A stretch of 64,000 nucleotides of DNA from Candidatus Obscuribacteraceae bacterium (lineage in GTDB: Bacteria > Cyanobacteriota > Vampirovibrionia > Obscuribacterales > Obscuribacteraceae): positions 256,001-320,000 of the forward strand of contig JBGAHS010000004.1 of NCBI GenBank assembly GCA_044226015.1, written 5' to 3'. Shown here one piece after another: positions 42,213-52,720 of this stretch. Each line of letters begins with the position of its first letter. Position 1 is the first letter of the stretch. Both the position numbers and the translations under genes were made by a program. The notes under the pieces were generated by a model that was not told where the DNA came from, made no database searches, and saw only the letters and a list, made by a program, of their open reading frames with translations.

Positions 42213-45200
42213 ATGCAAATGAATCTCTCTTCCTGGTCTATTCGAAACATAGTACCGACCACTACTCTTTTTCTCATCTTGACAGTGGCTGGTGTGCTGG
42301 GTTTCACGCAATTGGGCATCGATGAAAATCCTAATATCGATGTTCCACTAGTGTCAGTTACCGTGACCCAAAAAGGTGCCTCACCTACTGAACTTGAAAC
42401 TCAGGTCACCAAGAAAGTCGAAGATGCAATCGCTGGTATAAGCAACATACGGCACATCAATTCAGTCGCTAGCGATAGTGTTTCAGTAACCAATATTGAG
42501 TTTGAGATTGGCACTAGCACCGACCGTGCAGTAAACGATGTACGTGATGCTGTTACTAAGATTCGTCAGCAGATGCCACAAGGCATTGAAGAGCCCATAG
42601 TTGCCAGAGTAGATTTTGTTGGCGGTCCCTTTGCCACATTTACTGTAGCTTCGAAAGAGCGAACTCCGGCCGAGTTGAGTTGGATTGTTGATAATGATAT
42701 TGGGCGTGTCCTTCGCACTGTGCCGGGAGTGGGGAAAATCGCCCGCTCTGGTGGCGCTGATCGCGAAGTAAGAGTGAATCTTGACCCTTACAAAATGCTT
42801 TCTCTGGGCGCAACTGCTGACATTGTCAATTCTCAGGTTCGTGCACTAAATATTGATTTGCCGGGTGGTCGAGGCACCGTTGGTGGTGCTGAGCAATCTG
42901 TTAGAACTCTGGGCAGCGCACCTACTGTCGCTAAACTTGCGGCAACTCAAATTGCTCTTCCAAACGGTACAACTGTCAGGCTAGACCAACTTGGAAAGGT
43001 TGTCGATGGAAGCTCAGAAGAGCGCAACCTTGCTTTCTTGAACGGCAAGCCCGTTGTCGCTTTCTGGGTCGTGCGCAGCAATGGCAGCAATCTCGTTGAT
43101 GTTGAAAAGAAAGTAGATACCAAAATTGATGAGCTGCGCAAGATTCTTCCGAAAGACATTCAGCTGACGAAAATAAGAACTACAGGCAGGTTCATTAGAG
43201 AGTCTTACTCAGCGTCTCTGGACTCATTAATCTTCGGGGCGCTTCTGTCACTCGTTGTTATCTGGATTTATGTTCGAGACAATCGTGCGACATTGATTTC
43301 AAGTCTGGCAATTCCGCTTTCGGTAATTCCGACCTTTGCTGTGATGAAGTGGGCGGGGTTCACCTTGAATGGTATGTCACTTCTTGGTCTGGCACTGGTG
43401 ATTGGAATTCTAGTGGACGACGCCATCGTTGAAATTGAAAACATTGTCAGACATTTGCACATGGGCAAAAAGCCCTTCGATGCAGCATGTGACGCTGCCG
43501 ACGAAATTGCTCTGGCCGTAATCGCAACGACAATGACCATCATAGTTGTGTTCGTTCCAGTAGCTTTTATGGGAGGTATTCCGGGGCAATTCTTCAAACA
43601 ATTTGGATTGACCGTCGCTGTCGCCGTTTTCTTTTCACTGATGGTTGCTAGAATGCTGACGCCGATGATGGCAGCTTATATGATGAAAGAATTGCCTGAA
43701 GAAGACCATGAAGACTGGATGGCTAAGGCATTCTCTCGTTCACTTGAATGGGCATTAAAGCATCGTCTTACTTCAGTTGGCGTGGCATTTTTGATCTTTG
43801 TTGGCAGCATAGTCATGTTCAAAACTATGCCGACTTCTCTTATCTCAAATATCGATAGAAGCGAATCTGTAATGGATATTTCACTTCCACCGGGTGTTTC
43901 CGTGAACGATGTCAGATCTGTAGCAGAAAAGGCTTCAGCGATTTTCATGGCACACTCTGAAGTAGATTCAATATTCATTACCGATAGTGGCGATTCTCAG
44001 ATCAACAAAGGCACAATGTTTGTCGAGCTTGTTCCAAAAGACAAGCGGAAGATCGGGCAGCAGAAATTTGAAGACACAATCCGTAAGGAACTTGACGCTA
44101 TACCTGGAGTGCGCTTTGGATTTTATCGCTCAATTGGCGGTGGAACCAAACCCTTGCAGATTGCGCTCACCTCGGAAGACCCTGACGAACTTGCGAAATA
44201 TTCGGAACGACTACTTAACGAGATGCGTTCTATTCCAGGACTCTATGATTGCAATTCGAGTGCAGCGGTTTTGCGGCCTGAAATTGAAGTTAAGCCTGAT
44301 TTTGCCAGAGCTGCAGAGCAAGGCGTCTCGGTTTCAGCTATCGCTCGCACCGCGTTGATCGCAACGTTGGGCGATACAGATTACAACATGGCGAAATTCA
44401 ATTTGAAAGATCGTCAAATCAATATTCGCGTTCAGTTAGACCCGCAATATCGCAAAGATATTCAGGTACTTGCAGGGTTGCAGGTGCAGGGTTCGGAAGG
44501 GCGGCTAGTGCCACTGCGTTCGGTGGCTGAGATTAAGTTCGGCAGCGGTCCAGCTGAGATTACCAGGTTTGATCGCGCTCGCCAAATCACTGTTGATGCC
44601 GGTTTGAATGCCGACACTACTCTGGGCGAAGCGATGAAAGCTGTGCATGAGTTGAAAGCCTACAAAGAAATGCCTGCTTCGATTAGAGAGCAACCAATGG
44701 GTGACAGTGAAATTCAGAGAGATGTTTTTACCGGTTTTGGAACAGCCATAGGCTATGCAATCTTATTGATTTACGCTGTTCTTGTACTTCTGTTCGGTGG
44801 TTTCCTGCATCCAATTACAATCATGGTATCACTGCCGCTGTCGCTATGCGGTGCATTGCTTGGTTTATGGATGACCAATAATTCCCTGGGCATGTATGGA
44901 CTCATCGGCATTGTCATGCTTATGGGATTGGTCACCAAGAATGCAATTCTGCTCGTAGAATATTGTTTGAAAGCTATGAGAGCAGGCATGACTCGTGAAG
45001 AGGCAATCAGAGCTGCTGAATCCATAAGGATGCGACCAATTGTTATGACTACAATTGCGATGATTGCAGGCATGCTACCTATTGCGATGAAATGGGGCGC
45101 TGGTTCTGAAGCCAGGGCACCAATGGCAATCGCCGTCATAGGCGGACTCATCACATCAACAATTCTGACATTGGTAATTGTTCCAGTAGTCTTCACCTAC

Positions 45201-45311
45201 ATAGATGATTTCCAAAACTGGTTACTTAATTTGTTCAAGAAGAAGAATTCTCAGGAAAGCAGTGCCTCCTCGGAAGAGGCTCAATCAAAGCCCGCGAGCA
45301 CAAGGCGCTAG
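42213..45311 (+). CDS. RND efflux permease (AcrB/AcrD/AcrF family)
   Basis: 1032 aa with GILVDDAIVEIENI, KNAILLVE and RMRPIVMTT. Confidence 0.95.
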   Translation: MQMNLSSWSIRNIVPTTTLFLILTVAGVLGFTQLGIDENPNIDVPLVSVTVTQKGASPTELETQVTKKVEDAIAGISNIRHINSVASDSVSVTNIEFEIGTSTDRAVNDVRDAVTKIRQQMPQGIEEPIVARVDFVGGPFATFTVASKERTPAELSWIVDNDIGRVLRTVPGVGKIARSGGADREVRVNLDPYKMLSLGATADIVNSQVRALNIDLPGGRGTVGGAEQSVRTLGSAPTVAKLAATQIALPNGTTVRLDQLGKVVDGSSEERNLAFLNGKPVVAFWVVRSNGSNLVDVEKKVDTKIDELRKILPKDIQLTKIRTTGRFIRESYSASLDSLIFGALLSLVVIWIYVRDNRATLISSLAIPLSVIPTFAVMKWAGFTLNGMSLLGLALVIGILVDDAIVEIENIVRHLHMGKKPFDAACDAADEIALAVIATTMTIIVVFVPVAFMGGIPGQFFKQFGLTVAVAVFFSLMVARMLTPMMAAYMMKELPEEDHEDWMAKAFSRSLEWALKHRLTSVGVAFLIFVGSIVMFKTMPTSLISNIDRSESVMDISLPPGVSVNDVRSVAEKASAIFMAHSEVDSIFITDSGDSQINKGTMFVELVPKDKRKIGQQKFEDTIRKELDAIPGVRFGFYRSIGGGTKPLQIALTSEDPDELAKYSERLLNEMRSIPGLYDCNSSAAVLRPEIEVKPDFARAAEQGVSVSAIARTALIATLGDTDYNMAKFNLKDRQINIRVQLDPQYRKDIQVLAGLQVQGSEGRLVPLRSVAEIKFGSGPAEITRFDRARQITVDAGLNADTTLGEAMKAVHELKAYKEMPASIREQPMGDSEIQRDVFTGFGTAIGYAILLIYAVLVLLFGGFLHPITIMVSLPLSLCGALLGLWMTNNSLGMYGLIGIVMLMGLVTKNAILLVEYCLKAMRAGMTREEAIRAAESIRMRPIVMTTIAMIAGMLPIAMKWGAGSEARAPMAIAVIGGLITSTILTLVIVPVVFTYIDDFQNWLLNLFKKKNSQESSASSEEAQSKPASTRR

Positions 45312-45312
45312 T

Positions 45313-45813
45313 ATGATTCTCGTTGTTATGGGAGTTTCAGGCTCTGGAAAATCAACGATTGCAAAAACTCTCGCTCGTAAACTGAAGCTGAAGTATGCCG
45401 ACGCTGACTCCTTTCACAGTGAAGCAAATATTCAAAAAATGAGCAGTGGTTTGCCCCTTACCGATCAAGATAGAGAGCCCTGGTTGGGCTCTATTGCAAC
45501 AGCTATGAAAAGTTGGATTGCCGCCGACGAAGGTGTTGCGCTAGCTTGTTCTGCGCTAAAAAAGCAATACCGTGAAATCCTTATGGTCGACAAAGCTAAT
45601 GTAAGGTTCATTTATCTGCGAGGAAGCTTTGAGCTATTCGAAAGCCGCATGGCAAAAAGAACAAAGCATTTCATGAAGTCTCAGATGTTGAAGAGTCAAT
45701 TTGAGGCACTTGAAGAACCCGACGACAGCGAAGCCATCATATGTGATGCGCGTAAACCCGTCTCTGAAATTGTTAGCTCTGTGATTTCACGTTTGCGTGG
45801 TCGCACTCCCTGA
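45313..45813 (+). CDS. gntK: Gluconokinase
   Basis: MGVSGSGKST, DADSFH, PLTDQDREPWL, ACSALK and SQFEALEEP motifs. Confidence 0.9.
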   Translation: MILVVMGVSGSGKSTIAKTLARKLKLKYADADSFHSEANIQKMSSGLPLTDQDREPWLGSIATAMKSWIAADEGVALACSALKKQYREILMVDKANVRFIYLRGSFELFESRMAKRTKHFMKSQMLKSQFEALEEPDDSEAIICDARKPVSEIVSSVISRLRGRTP

Positions 45814-45900
45814 TGGAATGCACTTCTTCATTACCTGTTCTTCAGGAGAATGTTTTCATGCTCTGCTAAAGTCACTTGTGAAATCCACGTTTAAGCAGGC

Positions 45901-46926
45901 TTGCAAAGGTGTATCTTGAACAAAATTCGTCGCTCCGCTTGTTTCACACTCTTTTTCACACTCATCTCGGTTGCAGGTGCTGCATCTGCGAGCGCGGAGT
46001 CGAACACCGGACTGTCGCCCACTGAGATCAAAGAGATAAAGAAGGTCACTAAGAGCGAGCAAACTATGGCGGGAAGTTATCTAGTTCTTGCTGCTCTGGC
46101 TGAATCAAAAGGTCAGTGGAAGAAAGCGCGTTCGTACTACGAAAAGATTCTCGAAATTTACAAAACGGACCCCGGAATTGGCACTCGCTCTGCCCGTTAT
46201 GCGTACTATTTGTCAAAATCAGCAAGCTGTGACAAGCGAGTCGGTGATAAGGACGCAGCGCAAAAAAAAGTGCAAGAATCCCTTTCAATCGTCAACGGCA
46301 AAGACTTTTCTAGCAATACAAAAGAGCACAACTACGAGTTGATGACTCGAGATACTTGCGCGCTTGTAATTGGCAAGGCTCCAGAGAAAAAGCCCGCACA
46401 GAAGCCGCTTCCTGAATTAACAACGATTGCTGCTTCTGATATCAAAGACCTTGCTGAGCGCGAGCGTCAGGTAAAAGAATACATGGCTACAGAAAAGAAC
46501 AAGAACAGTCCAGAGCAAATGAACAGGCGTATTTATCTGGCCAACGTTTACACGCTCGAAAAAAAATACGATCTTGCTGACGCTCAGTTCAAGCAGATAT
46601 TGCGTGATATTGAAACAAAGCAAGGAAAGCATAGCCCCCAATTGTTGACCCCCTTGAGCAATTATGGATTTTTGCTGAAGCAACAAGGAAAGCAAAAAGA
46701 AGCGGATGCAATTCTAAATCGAATGCAGCTTCTAATAGGTGTTCGTCAGGAGCCAAAGCCGAAGTCAATTGTTTTACACATCAGCAAAAAACATGGCGTA
46801 AAGAATGATAAAGCTCCTGCTGCTGTGAAAAAAGACACTGGAGCGAAGGCGCAAAGTTCTGCGCCAGGCAAAACAACTGGCGCTGTTCCTGCAAAAGCTC
46901 CGGCAGGAGCAAATTCCGGGCATTAG
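45901..46926 (+). CDS. Secreted TPR-like protein
   Basis: Signal-like N-terminus and helical repeats. Confidence 0.65.
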   Translation: MQRCILNKIRRSACFTLFFTLISVAGAASASAESNTGLSPTEIKEIKKVTKSEQTMAGSYLVLAALAESKGQWKKARSYYEKILEIYKTDPGIGTRSARYAYYLSKSASCDKRVGDKDAAQKKVQESLSIVNGKDFSSNTKEHNYELMTRDTCALVIGKAPEKKPAQKPLPELTTIAASDIKDLAERERQVKEYMATEKNKNSPEQMNRRIYLANVYTLEKKYDLADAQFKQILRDIETKQGKHSPQLLTPLSNYGFLLKQQGKQKEADAILNRMQLLIGVRQEPKPKSIVLHISKKHGVKNDKAPAAVKKDTGAKAQSSAPGKTTGAVPAKAPAGANSGH

Positions 46927-46997
46927 AAATTAGAATACTTAAATGTTGTCAAGCGTTCGCCTCCGGGTAAGAAGCTGTGGGGTAATGGATTTTTCCG

Positions 46998-48473
46998 ATG
47001 GCTGAACTTGAACTTGCAGTAAAGTACGAAACGCTTCCAAATCGACTTGGCTTTTATTTGATGGCAGGGCTCTTTCCTATCTGGTCCCTGGTTATTCCTT
47101 TTCTTCTTGGGCTTGTAATTTCCTATTTGATTATCAATCCGGGGGCTATAGCAAACCCAAACGTCACGCTGGCTATTCTTTTAAGTCTCTCAGCCGTTCC
47201 GATACTCGGTGTCGCCCTTACAGCATTTTTTGAAGATAACCGCTTGTACGTCACAAAAAGCGGAGTCGCGTTTCCCATCTCCATGCTTCCTTTCATCGGA
47301 TTTCGTCGCAATAGAAGTTGGTCTGAGCTTGTGAGCGCGGGAGTGCGAAGAAACATATCGGTTCGCTCAGATAGTCCAGATGTGCTCTATCTGACATTCG
47401 ATAAAACGGTACCAGTGCAGTTCAAATTAAAGAATCTCGATAAAGTTCAGCTCGAACAAATGTTGCTAGCGATTGAACTTTGGAGCGGCAATAAGGTTCG
47501 TACTCCTGAGCTTGTTGATTACCAGAATCAGTTGCACAACGAAAATAAGGGACTCGGCAAGTTGAGCCAGGTGGAAATGTGGGAAGAGGAGTTGTCCCGC
47601 CGATTTAGCGCAACATCTTTCGTGCCGCTTGAGCCTGGGCGTCAGCTTGGCGGAGGAATGATTGAAATAGTTCGCCAGCTTGCTTTTGGTGGGCTGTCTG
47701 CCATCTACCTGGCTCAGCAAAATAACAAGAACCTTGTTGTTATAAAGGAAGCAGTTGTTCCTTCCAATGCTGATGCCGAGACCCGCAACAAGGCCGCTGA
47801 GCATTTCTTTCGTGAAGCGAAATTCTTGATGACTTTAGACCATCCCAACATCGCAAAAGTGCTTGGGCACTTCACTGAAGATGGTCGTGACTATCTTGTG
47901 ATGCAGTATATTCAAGGACAAGATTTACGCCAACTTGTGAAGCAAAATGGTGTTCAATCGGAGCTTGATGTCGTCTCCTGGTCCATTCAAATTGCAGAGA
48001 TTTTGAGTTATTTGCACACACAGGTGCCGCCTGTGATTCACAGAGACCTCACTCCCGATAATCTTGTTTATGTCAAAACAAATGGAGAGCTGTTCTTGAT
48101 TGACTTCGGTGCGGCGAATCAATTTGTTGGAACTGCGACAGGCACACTGGTAGGAAAACAATCTTACATCGCGCCAGAACAGCTGCGTGGAAAAGCTGTC
48201 ACCGCCAGTGATATCTATTCTTTTGGTGGTACCATGCATTACCTTCTCACCGGGCAAGATCCCATGCCTCTGTCTGCTTCCCACCCACTTGAGATTAAGT
48301 CAGATATCAATCCTGACTTAGACACCATAATTTCTGAGTTGACTGCCTTCAATTTAGATGATCGCCTGACTGATCTCAATCAGATCATCACGAGACTTAA
48401 GGCATTGAAAGTTAGCTTGAGGTCCGAAAAAGGCGCTGATGCTGGTCCTGCAAGCATCGCTGGAGGGCACTGA
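46998..48473 (+). CDS. Membrane-anchored Hanks-type Ser/Thr kinase
   Basis: Two N-terminal TMs, then VIKE, HRDLTPDN, DFG and YIAPEQ. Confidence 0.9.
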   Translation: MAELELAVKYETLPNRLGFYLMAGLFPIWSLVIPFLLGLVISYLIINPGAIANPNVTLAILLSLSAVPILGVALTAFFEDNRLYVTKSGVAFPISMLPFIGFRRNRSWSELVSAGVRRNISVRSDSPDVLYLTFDKTVPVQFKLKNLDKVQLEQMLLAIELWSGNKVRTPELVDYQNQLHNENKGLGKLSQVEMWEEELSRRFSATSFVPLEPGRQLGGGMIEIVRQLAFGGLSAIYLAQQNNKNLVVIKEAVVPSNADAETRNKAAEHFFREAKFLMTLDHPNIAKVLGHFTEDGRDYLVMQYIQGQDLRQLVKQNGVQSELDVVSWSIQIAEILSYLHTQVPPVIHRDLTPDNLVYVKTNGELFLIDFGAANQFVGTATGTLVGKQSYIAPEQLRGKAVTASDIYSFGGTMHYLLTGQDPMPLSASHPLEIKSDINPDLDTIISELTAFNLDDRLTDLNQIITRLKALKVSLRSEKGADAGPASIAGGH

Positions 48474-50002
48474 TGAGTCTGACGAATTTACCAGCAGCAA
48501 AAACAAGCGAAGGGCAGGAACGAAAGCTTCCGGCAAAGGTGCCATCTGAAATATTTATTCGTTATCGTCCCCTTATTGCGTTCGAAAAATGGCTATCTCA
48601 AAGAGTTGATGATCGCAGCGATCGCAAAACTGCTTACGTTGTGTTGGTTGCAATCGGATTCATGTTCTTCGTGGTTCCGGTTATTGTATTCGCTTTGAGA
48701 ATTTTGATTGTATGGCTTAACGTTCAATTCGGGTCGGGGGAAGGTGCCGCTACTGCCGCTGCCGCCAATGGTGCGTTGCTGTGGAATTCCTTTTTAACAG
48801 TACTTGGACTGGCTGGAATTGGCACCATCGGTTACTCCAGTCTACCCACGCACCTCTCGCTCACTAAAGATGGACTGAAATTACTCTGGCGCAATCGCTT
48901 TGTTAAAGCTGATGGAAAGTTGATTCCCTGGAAAACAATTAATCGGCTTGGGCTCGACCTTCCAAAGGGTAAAACATCGCCACTTGATCATATCTTGCGT
49001 TTTAACTTTGGTTCAAATCAGACCTTGCGTTTGAGATTGGGCTGTATTCCAACTATGGAAGAACGAGCTAAATTACTAGACGGAATTGAAGCGTATGCTC
49101 CTGACCTAAACCGTGAAGCTGCTGCGGTGCAAGCACTTGAGCTGCCGCCTGATTACAGCTATACAGAATTATGGCTACAGGCTTTGTCCGGACCACCGAA
49201 GCGAGAACGATTGACTCCCCTCGAACACAAGGCGTCCTTACGTGACGGTCGATATCTTGTCGATGCTGCGCTAGGAGTAGGGGGGCAGGGCACGGCATAT
49301 TCGGCTTACGATTCACAGCTGGCCGAGGTTGTGGTGTTGAAGGAGTTTATTCTTCCTGTTTTTGTTGATGTGAATATTCGCCGTCAGAGTCTCGAAAGTT
49401 TTGAAAAAGAAGCCAGAATGCTTCGTCAGCTCGACCATGACAGAATAGTCAAATTGATTGATTTCTTTGTAGAAGACCATCGTGGTTATCTAGTGCTTGA
49501 ACATATTGATGGGAAAAGTTTGCGGGAGATGGTTCTTCAGTCAGGACCTTTCGAGGAGTCCAAGGTCAAGGAACTAGCTATTCAGATGTGTGAAATGCAG
49601 AAGTACTTACATGGGTTGACACCGCCTGTAGTGCACCGTGATTTCACGCCAGATAACTTGATTCTCCGCAAAGATGGAACGCTAAAACTAGTGGACTTTA
49701 ACGTAGCTCAACAGAAGGAAACCACTTCCACTGGCACTGTAGTTGGAAAACACGCTTATTTGCCTCCCGAGCAGTTCCGCGGTAAACCATCAACTCAAAG
49801 CGACATTTATTCAATGGGTGCCTCGTTGTTTTTTCTTCTCACTGCTGAAGAGCCCGAACCTATTAATGTGCAGCATCCACGCAGAATTAAAGACGAAGTT
49901 TCCGAGTCAATGGATCGTATTGTGGCGCGTGCAACAGAGATTGAATTGCGAAATAGATATGCGAGTGCGTCTGATTTAGAGCAAGATCTGATGAATCTTT
50001 AG
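48473..50002 (+). CDS. Membrane-anchored Hanks-type Ser/Thr kinase
   Basis: Two TMs, then LGVGGQG, VLKE, HRDFTPDN, DFN and YLPPEQ. Confidence 0.9.
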   Translation: MSLTNLPAAKTSEGQERKLPAKVPSEIFIRYRPLIAFEKWLSQRVDDRSDRKTAYVVLVAIGFMFFVVPVIVFALRILIVWLNVQFGSGEGAATAAAANGALLWNSFLTVLGLAGIGTIGYSSLPTHLSLTKDGLKLLWRNRFVKADGKLIPWKTINRLGLDLPKGKTSPLDHILRFNFGSNQTLRLRLGCIPTMEERAKLLDGIEAYAPDLNREAAAVQALELPPDYSYTELWLQALSGPPKRERLTPLEHKASLRDGRYLVDAALGVGGQGTAYSAYDSQLAEVVVLKEFILPVFVDVNIRRQSLESFEKEARMLRQLDHDRIVKLIDFFVEDHRGYLVLEHIDGKSLREMVLQSGPFEESKVKELAIQMCEMQKYLHGLTPPVVHRDFTPDNLILRKDGTLKLVDFNVAQQKETTSTGTVVGKHAYLPPEQFRGKPSTQSDIYSMGASLFFLLTAEEPEPINVQHPRRIKDEVSESMDRIVARATEIELRNRYASASDLEQDLMNL

Positions 50003-50197
50003 CGTGCCGCATTTTTTTTAGATTGATTTGTGCTGATTTGTGCCTGCGATACCTGTATGGCTTTCATGCTGCTTACATGCGAGTGTGTATTTTCTGCTGC
50101 TTGAGTGCGAGTATTCGCTTTCGAGAGTTTGCATGCGAGTGCGTACTTGCTGGTGCTAGAGTGCGAGTATTCGCTAGCGAGGTTTAGTTGTGAGTGC

Positions 50198-50506
50198 TTA
50201 CTTGCTGGATATAGCGACAAGTGTTCTGATCTCCATCAAGCGATTTTGAAAAGCGCTACCTTTCATGTCTCGGGCAGAGACTGGCTTCTCAAGCCGTTCT
50301 TTAATGTATTCGGCGATTATGGCATCGTTCAATAACGCTGCAAATGACTGAAGATAATTTACCGGGGCTGATGTTCGAAGCGTTAACTTAGCCTGATTTT
50401 GTGAGCCTCTTCTATTTGCGAGAATTTTTGTTAGTGTTCCTGTTGCTGCCGATGCCGTCGATGCGCCTGCGCTATTTCTTTTCAGATAATCAAGTTCTGT
50501 ATTCAT
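50198..50506 (-). CDS. Hypothetical protein
   Basis: GGGAG RBS before MNTELDYLK. No recognised motif. Confidence 0.45.
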   Translation of the reverse strand: MNTELDYLKRNSAGASTASAATGTLTKILANRRGSQNQAKLTLRTSAPVNYLQSFAALLNDAIIAEYIKERLEKPVSARDMKGSAFQNRLMEIRTLVAISSK

Positions 50507-50785
50507 AGTAAAAACTCCCGCAAGCTCAACCTGCCTTGAGACTATTACCGACTGCGTGAAAACACAGTGAAAAATGCATTCGAATGCATTAAGTTTCCAA
50601 ATTTGAAATTTCACTTGACAATAATTTTGGCTCGGTACATTCTGGATTCACGAAGAACTTCAACTTCGTGTCCAACACCTTACTAATGAATCCAGCCATA
50701 CGTGTCAGAAAGGCACCAACTCAAGCATGGGTCCGTTTCGACTCGACTCGTGCTTGCCTTGCAGCCTTCTGGGGGAGAGCCGCTC

Positions 50786-51115
50786 ATGGATAATTCCGTT
50801 AATTACGCTCAAGACCGTTCCGCGCAATACCGCCATCATGTTCCGGTGGACATCGGACCGCCCATAGGGCTGACTGCGCAGGAATATATGAACAATGAGA
50901 GGTCTAAACAAGCAGCCAAGCTGCGTGATTGGTACAGCGATGCGAAAGATGGGCGGCAGACTGTCGACCCGGTTGCGTTGCGGGCAAACTTCAACACTTC
51001 CCGCCGTTTCGTGACACCAAATCCGGTTCAGGAGCTAGACCATCACAAAAAATTCGTGCTTTTAGGTGTCGCTGTGGTAGCCGCAGTCGGCAGTTTCCTC
51101 TATTTCATTCACTAA
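50786..51115 (+). CDS. Hypothetical protein with a C-terminal TM helix
   Basis: GGAG RBS and a hydrophobic C-terminus. Confidence 0.55.
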   Translation: MDNSVNYAQDRSAQYRHHVPVDIGPPIGLTAQEYMNNERSKQAAKLRDWYSDAKDGRQTVDPVALRANFNTSRRFVTPNPVQELDHHKKFVLLGVAVVAAVGSFLYFIH

Positions 51116-51363
51116 TTGCTGAGAACGCTCCTAATTTTTTGACCGGAAACGTTAAATCCTTGTTTTCATGTTTCCGGTCTGACTTTTGGGACACATCGCT
51201 GCTACATTTAATCTGCAAGAGAAATGGCTGAAACCTGATAAACCCGATATATGAACCATTTCGAGATTATCTCGAATTCTTTTCCTGATCTAGCTTTTCA
51301 TGCATTTTTCATATATCTTGAATACTATTAGAACTGTTAAATGAAATTGGGGGTCTTCCTGCC

Positions 51364-51891
51364 ATGAAACCGAGCCGTCTTATGTTTTCCCTAGCTATTA
51401 GTGGATTCTTGTGTGCTCCGGCTGCCTTCTGCGACCCTCAATTCGGTATGGACCAGGATTATCAGCAGCAAGTGCAACAGCAGCAGATGCAACATATGCA
51501 GCAACAGGCGCAGGGTCCAGCCTTCAATAGCTCGGCTGCAGGTAACACTCAGGCTTACCACACGACTGACAGCGCCTGGTCTGACATGGGTTATGTGGGC
51601 AATCAGTATGCGCCACTGGGCAATGTTCAGGCTCCAATTATGAATTCGGGTCTGGGTGCCATTTCGACCTTTGCCGGAAATAACGGACAATACCTGAAGG
51701 GCTCAATGCTTTCTGGTCAGTCCTTGCCCAAAGCGCAGATGGGATTGAACGCCATTAACGGTGGCTATTTCAACGATGCCGCCGGACGTTGGGGCAGCGG
51801 TGGGTTCTCTGGATGGGGTGGTGGAAGCAAAATTTACCCACTTCTTCCGCCAACGTCAACGACTCCGGTTCAGCTAGATACGGCATTCTAA
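51364..51891 (+). CDS. Hypothetical secreted Q/G-rich protein
   Basis: Signal peptide, low-complexity body and a downstream terminator. Confidence 0.7.
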   Translation: MKPSRLMFSLAISGFLCAPAAFCDPQFGMDQDYQQQVQQQQMQHMQQQAQGPAFNSSAAGNTQAYHTTDSAWSDMGYVGNQYAPLGNVQAPIMNSGLGAISTFAGNNGQYLKGSMLSGQSLPKAQMGLNAINGGYFNDAAGRWGSGGFSGWGGGSKIYPLLPPTSTTPVQLDTAF

Positions 51892-51910
51892 CTAAATCAA
51901 AAATCGAAGT

Positions 51911-51939
51911 AAAAGACCTGCTTTTGGTAGGTCTTTTTT
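51911..51939 (+). terminator. Intrinsic terminator
   Basis: AAAAGACCTGC-ttttg-GTAGGTCTTTTTT. Confidence 0.8.
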
Positions 51940-51995
51940 ATTGTCGTTGGACTTTGTTTTCACGAGTTGGAAGCTTCATTGGCATTTTCCTCAGA

Positions 51996-52158
51996 GGGAT
52001 CTTGCTTAGGGAATCTCGCTCATAGGGATCTCGCTCATGTGGAATCTCGCTCATAGGGATCTTGCTTAGGGAATCTCGCTCATAGGGATCTCGCTCATGG
52101 GGAATCTCGTTCATAGGGAATCTCGCTCATAGGAATCTCGCTCATAGGGATCTCGCTT
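51996..52158. repeat. Intergenic tandem repeat of ~15-16 bp units
   Basis: About ten GG(G/A)ATCTCGCTCATA-like units. Confidence 0.9.
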
Positions 52159-52299
52159 ATTAGCCATCTTGCAGGATCCTGCTCGTTTGCAATCCTGCTG
52201 TAAGAATTCCTGTATTGCTTGGTGCTTCCAACTTTCAACACATTTTCATAATGCTATTGCATTATAGCTTTGTGCTTACCTGGCTTGGTGTTGAACATC

Positions 52300-52677
52300 A
52301 TGGATAAACAAGCTTCAAACTTCGAATCTACGCAAACCAACAGCTCGGAACGTCCAAGCTCTAACCTGGCGAAGGAGGCGAGCCAATTGCTTCTATCCGT
52401 TACTAAACCAGAAAGTGCATCTCCCTGCGTCACCATGGAAGGCTTGCTCAATGAACTTAGTCCTGCGGAAGAGTTCAAGGACTCTGTCTACAAAGGTCCG
52501 GACCGTTTAATCAGGGATACCAAATCATCTTCATCGGCAGATATTGAGTTCTCAAACGTGTATGCTGATTCTGCTTTTCGGAGCCCAGTAACACTAGTGC
52601 TGCCACTTTCGATAACAAAGCACCCGACTCTCATTCCCGAACGAAGCCAAGCAGGTCAGGGAGCCGAAATTCGCTGA
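52300..52677 (+). CDS. Hypothetical protein
   Basis: Open frame only. Confidence 0.4.
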   Translation: MDKQASNFESTQTNSSERPSSNLAKEASQLLLSVTKPESASPCVTMEGLLNELSPAEEFKDSVYKGPDRLIRDTKSSSSADIEFSNVYADSAFRSPVTLVLPLSITKHPTLIPERSQAGQGAEIR

Positions 52678-52720
52678 GATTTGGATTGGCGTTTTGCTAA
52701 AATTGAGCCAGAAAGTCACG

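Noticed and set aside
40752..45311. RND pump as the exporter of the cluster product
   Set aside because: It is separated from the cluster by two unrelated genes. Plausible, but unsupported without synteny data.
50003..50200. Loose GCGAGT-rich repeats after the kinase pair
   Set aside because: Too degenerate to define a unit or a function.
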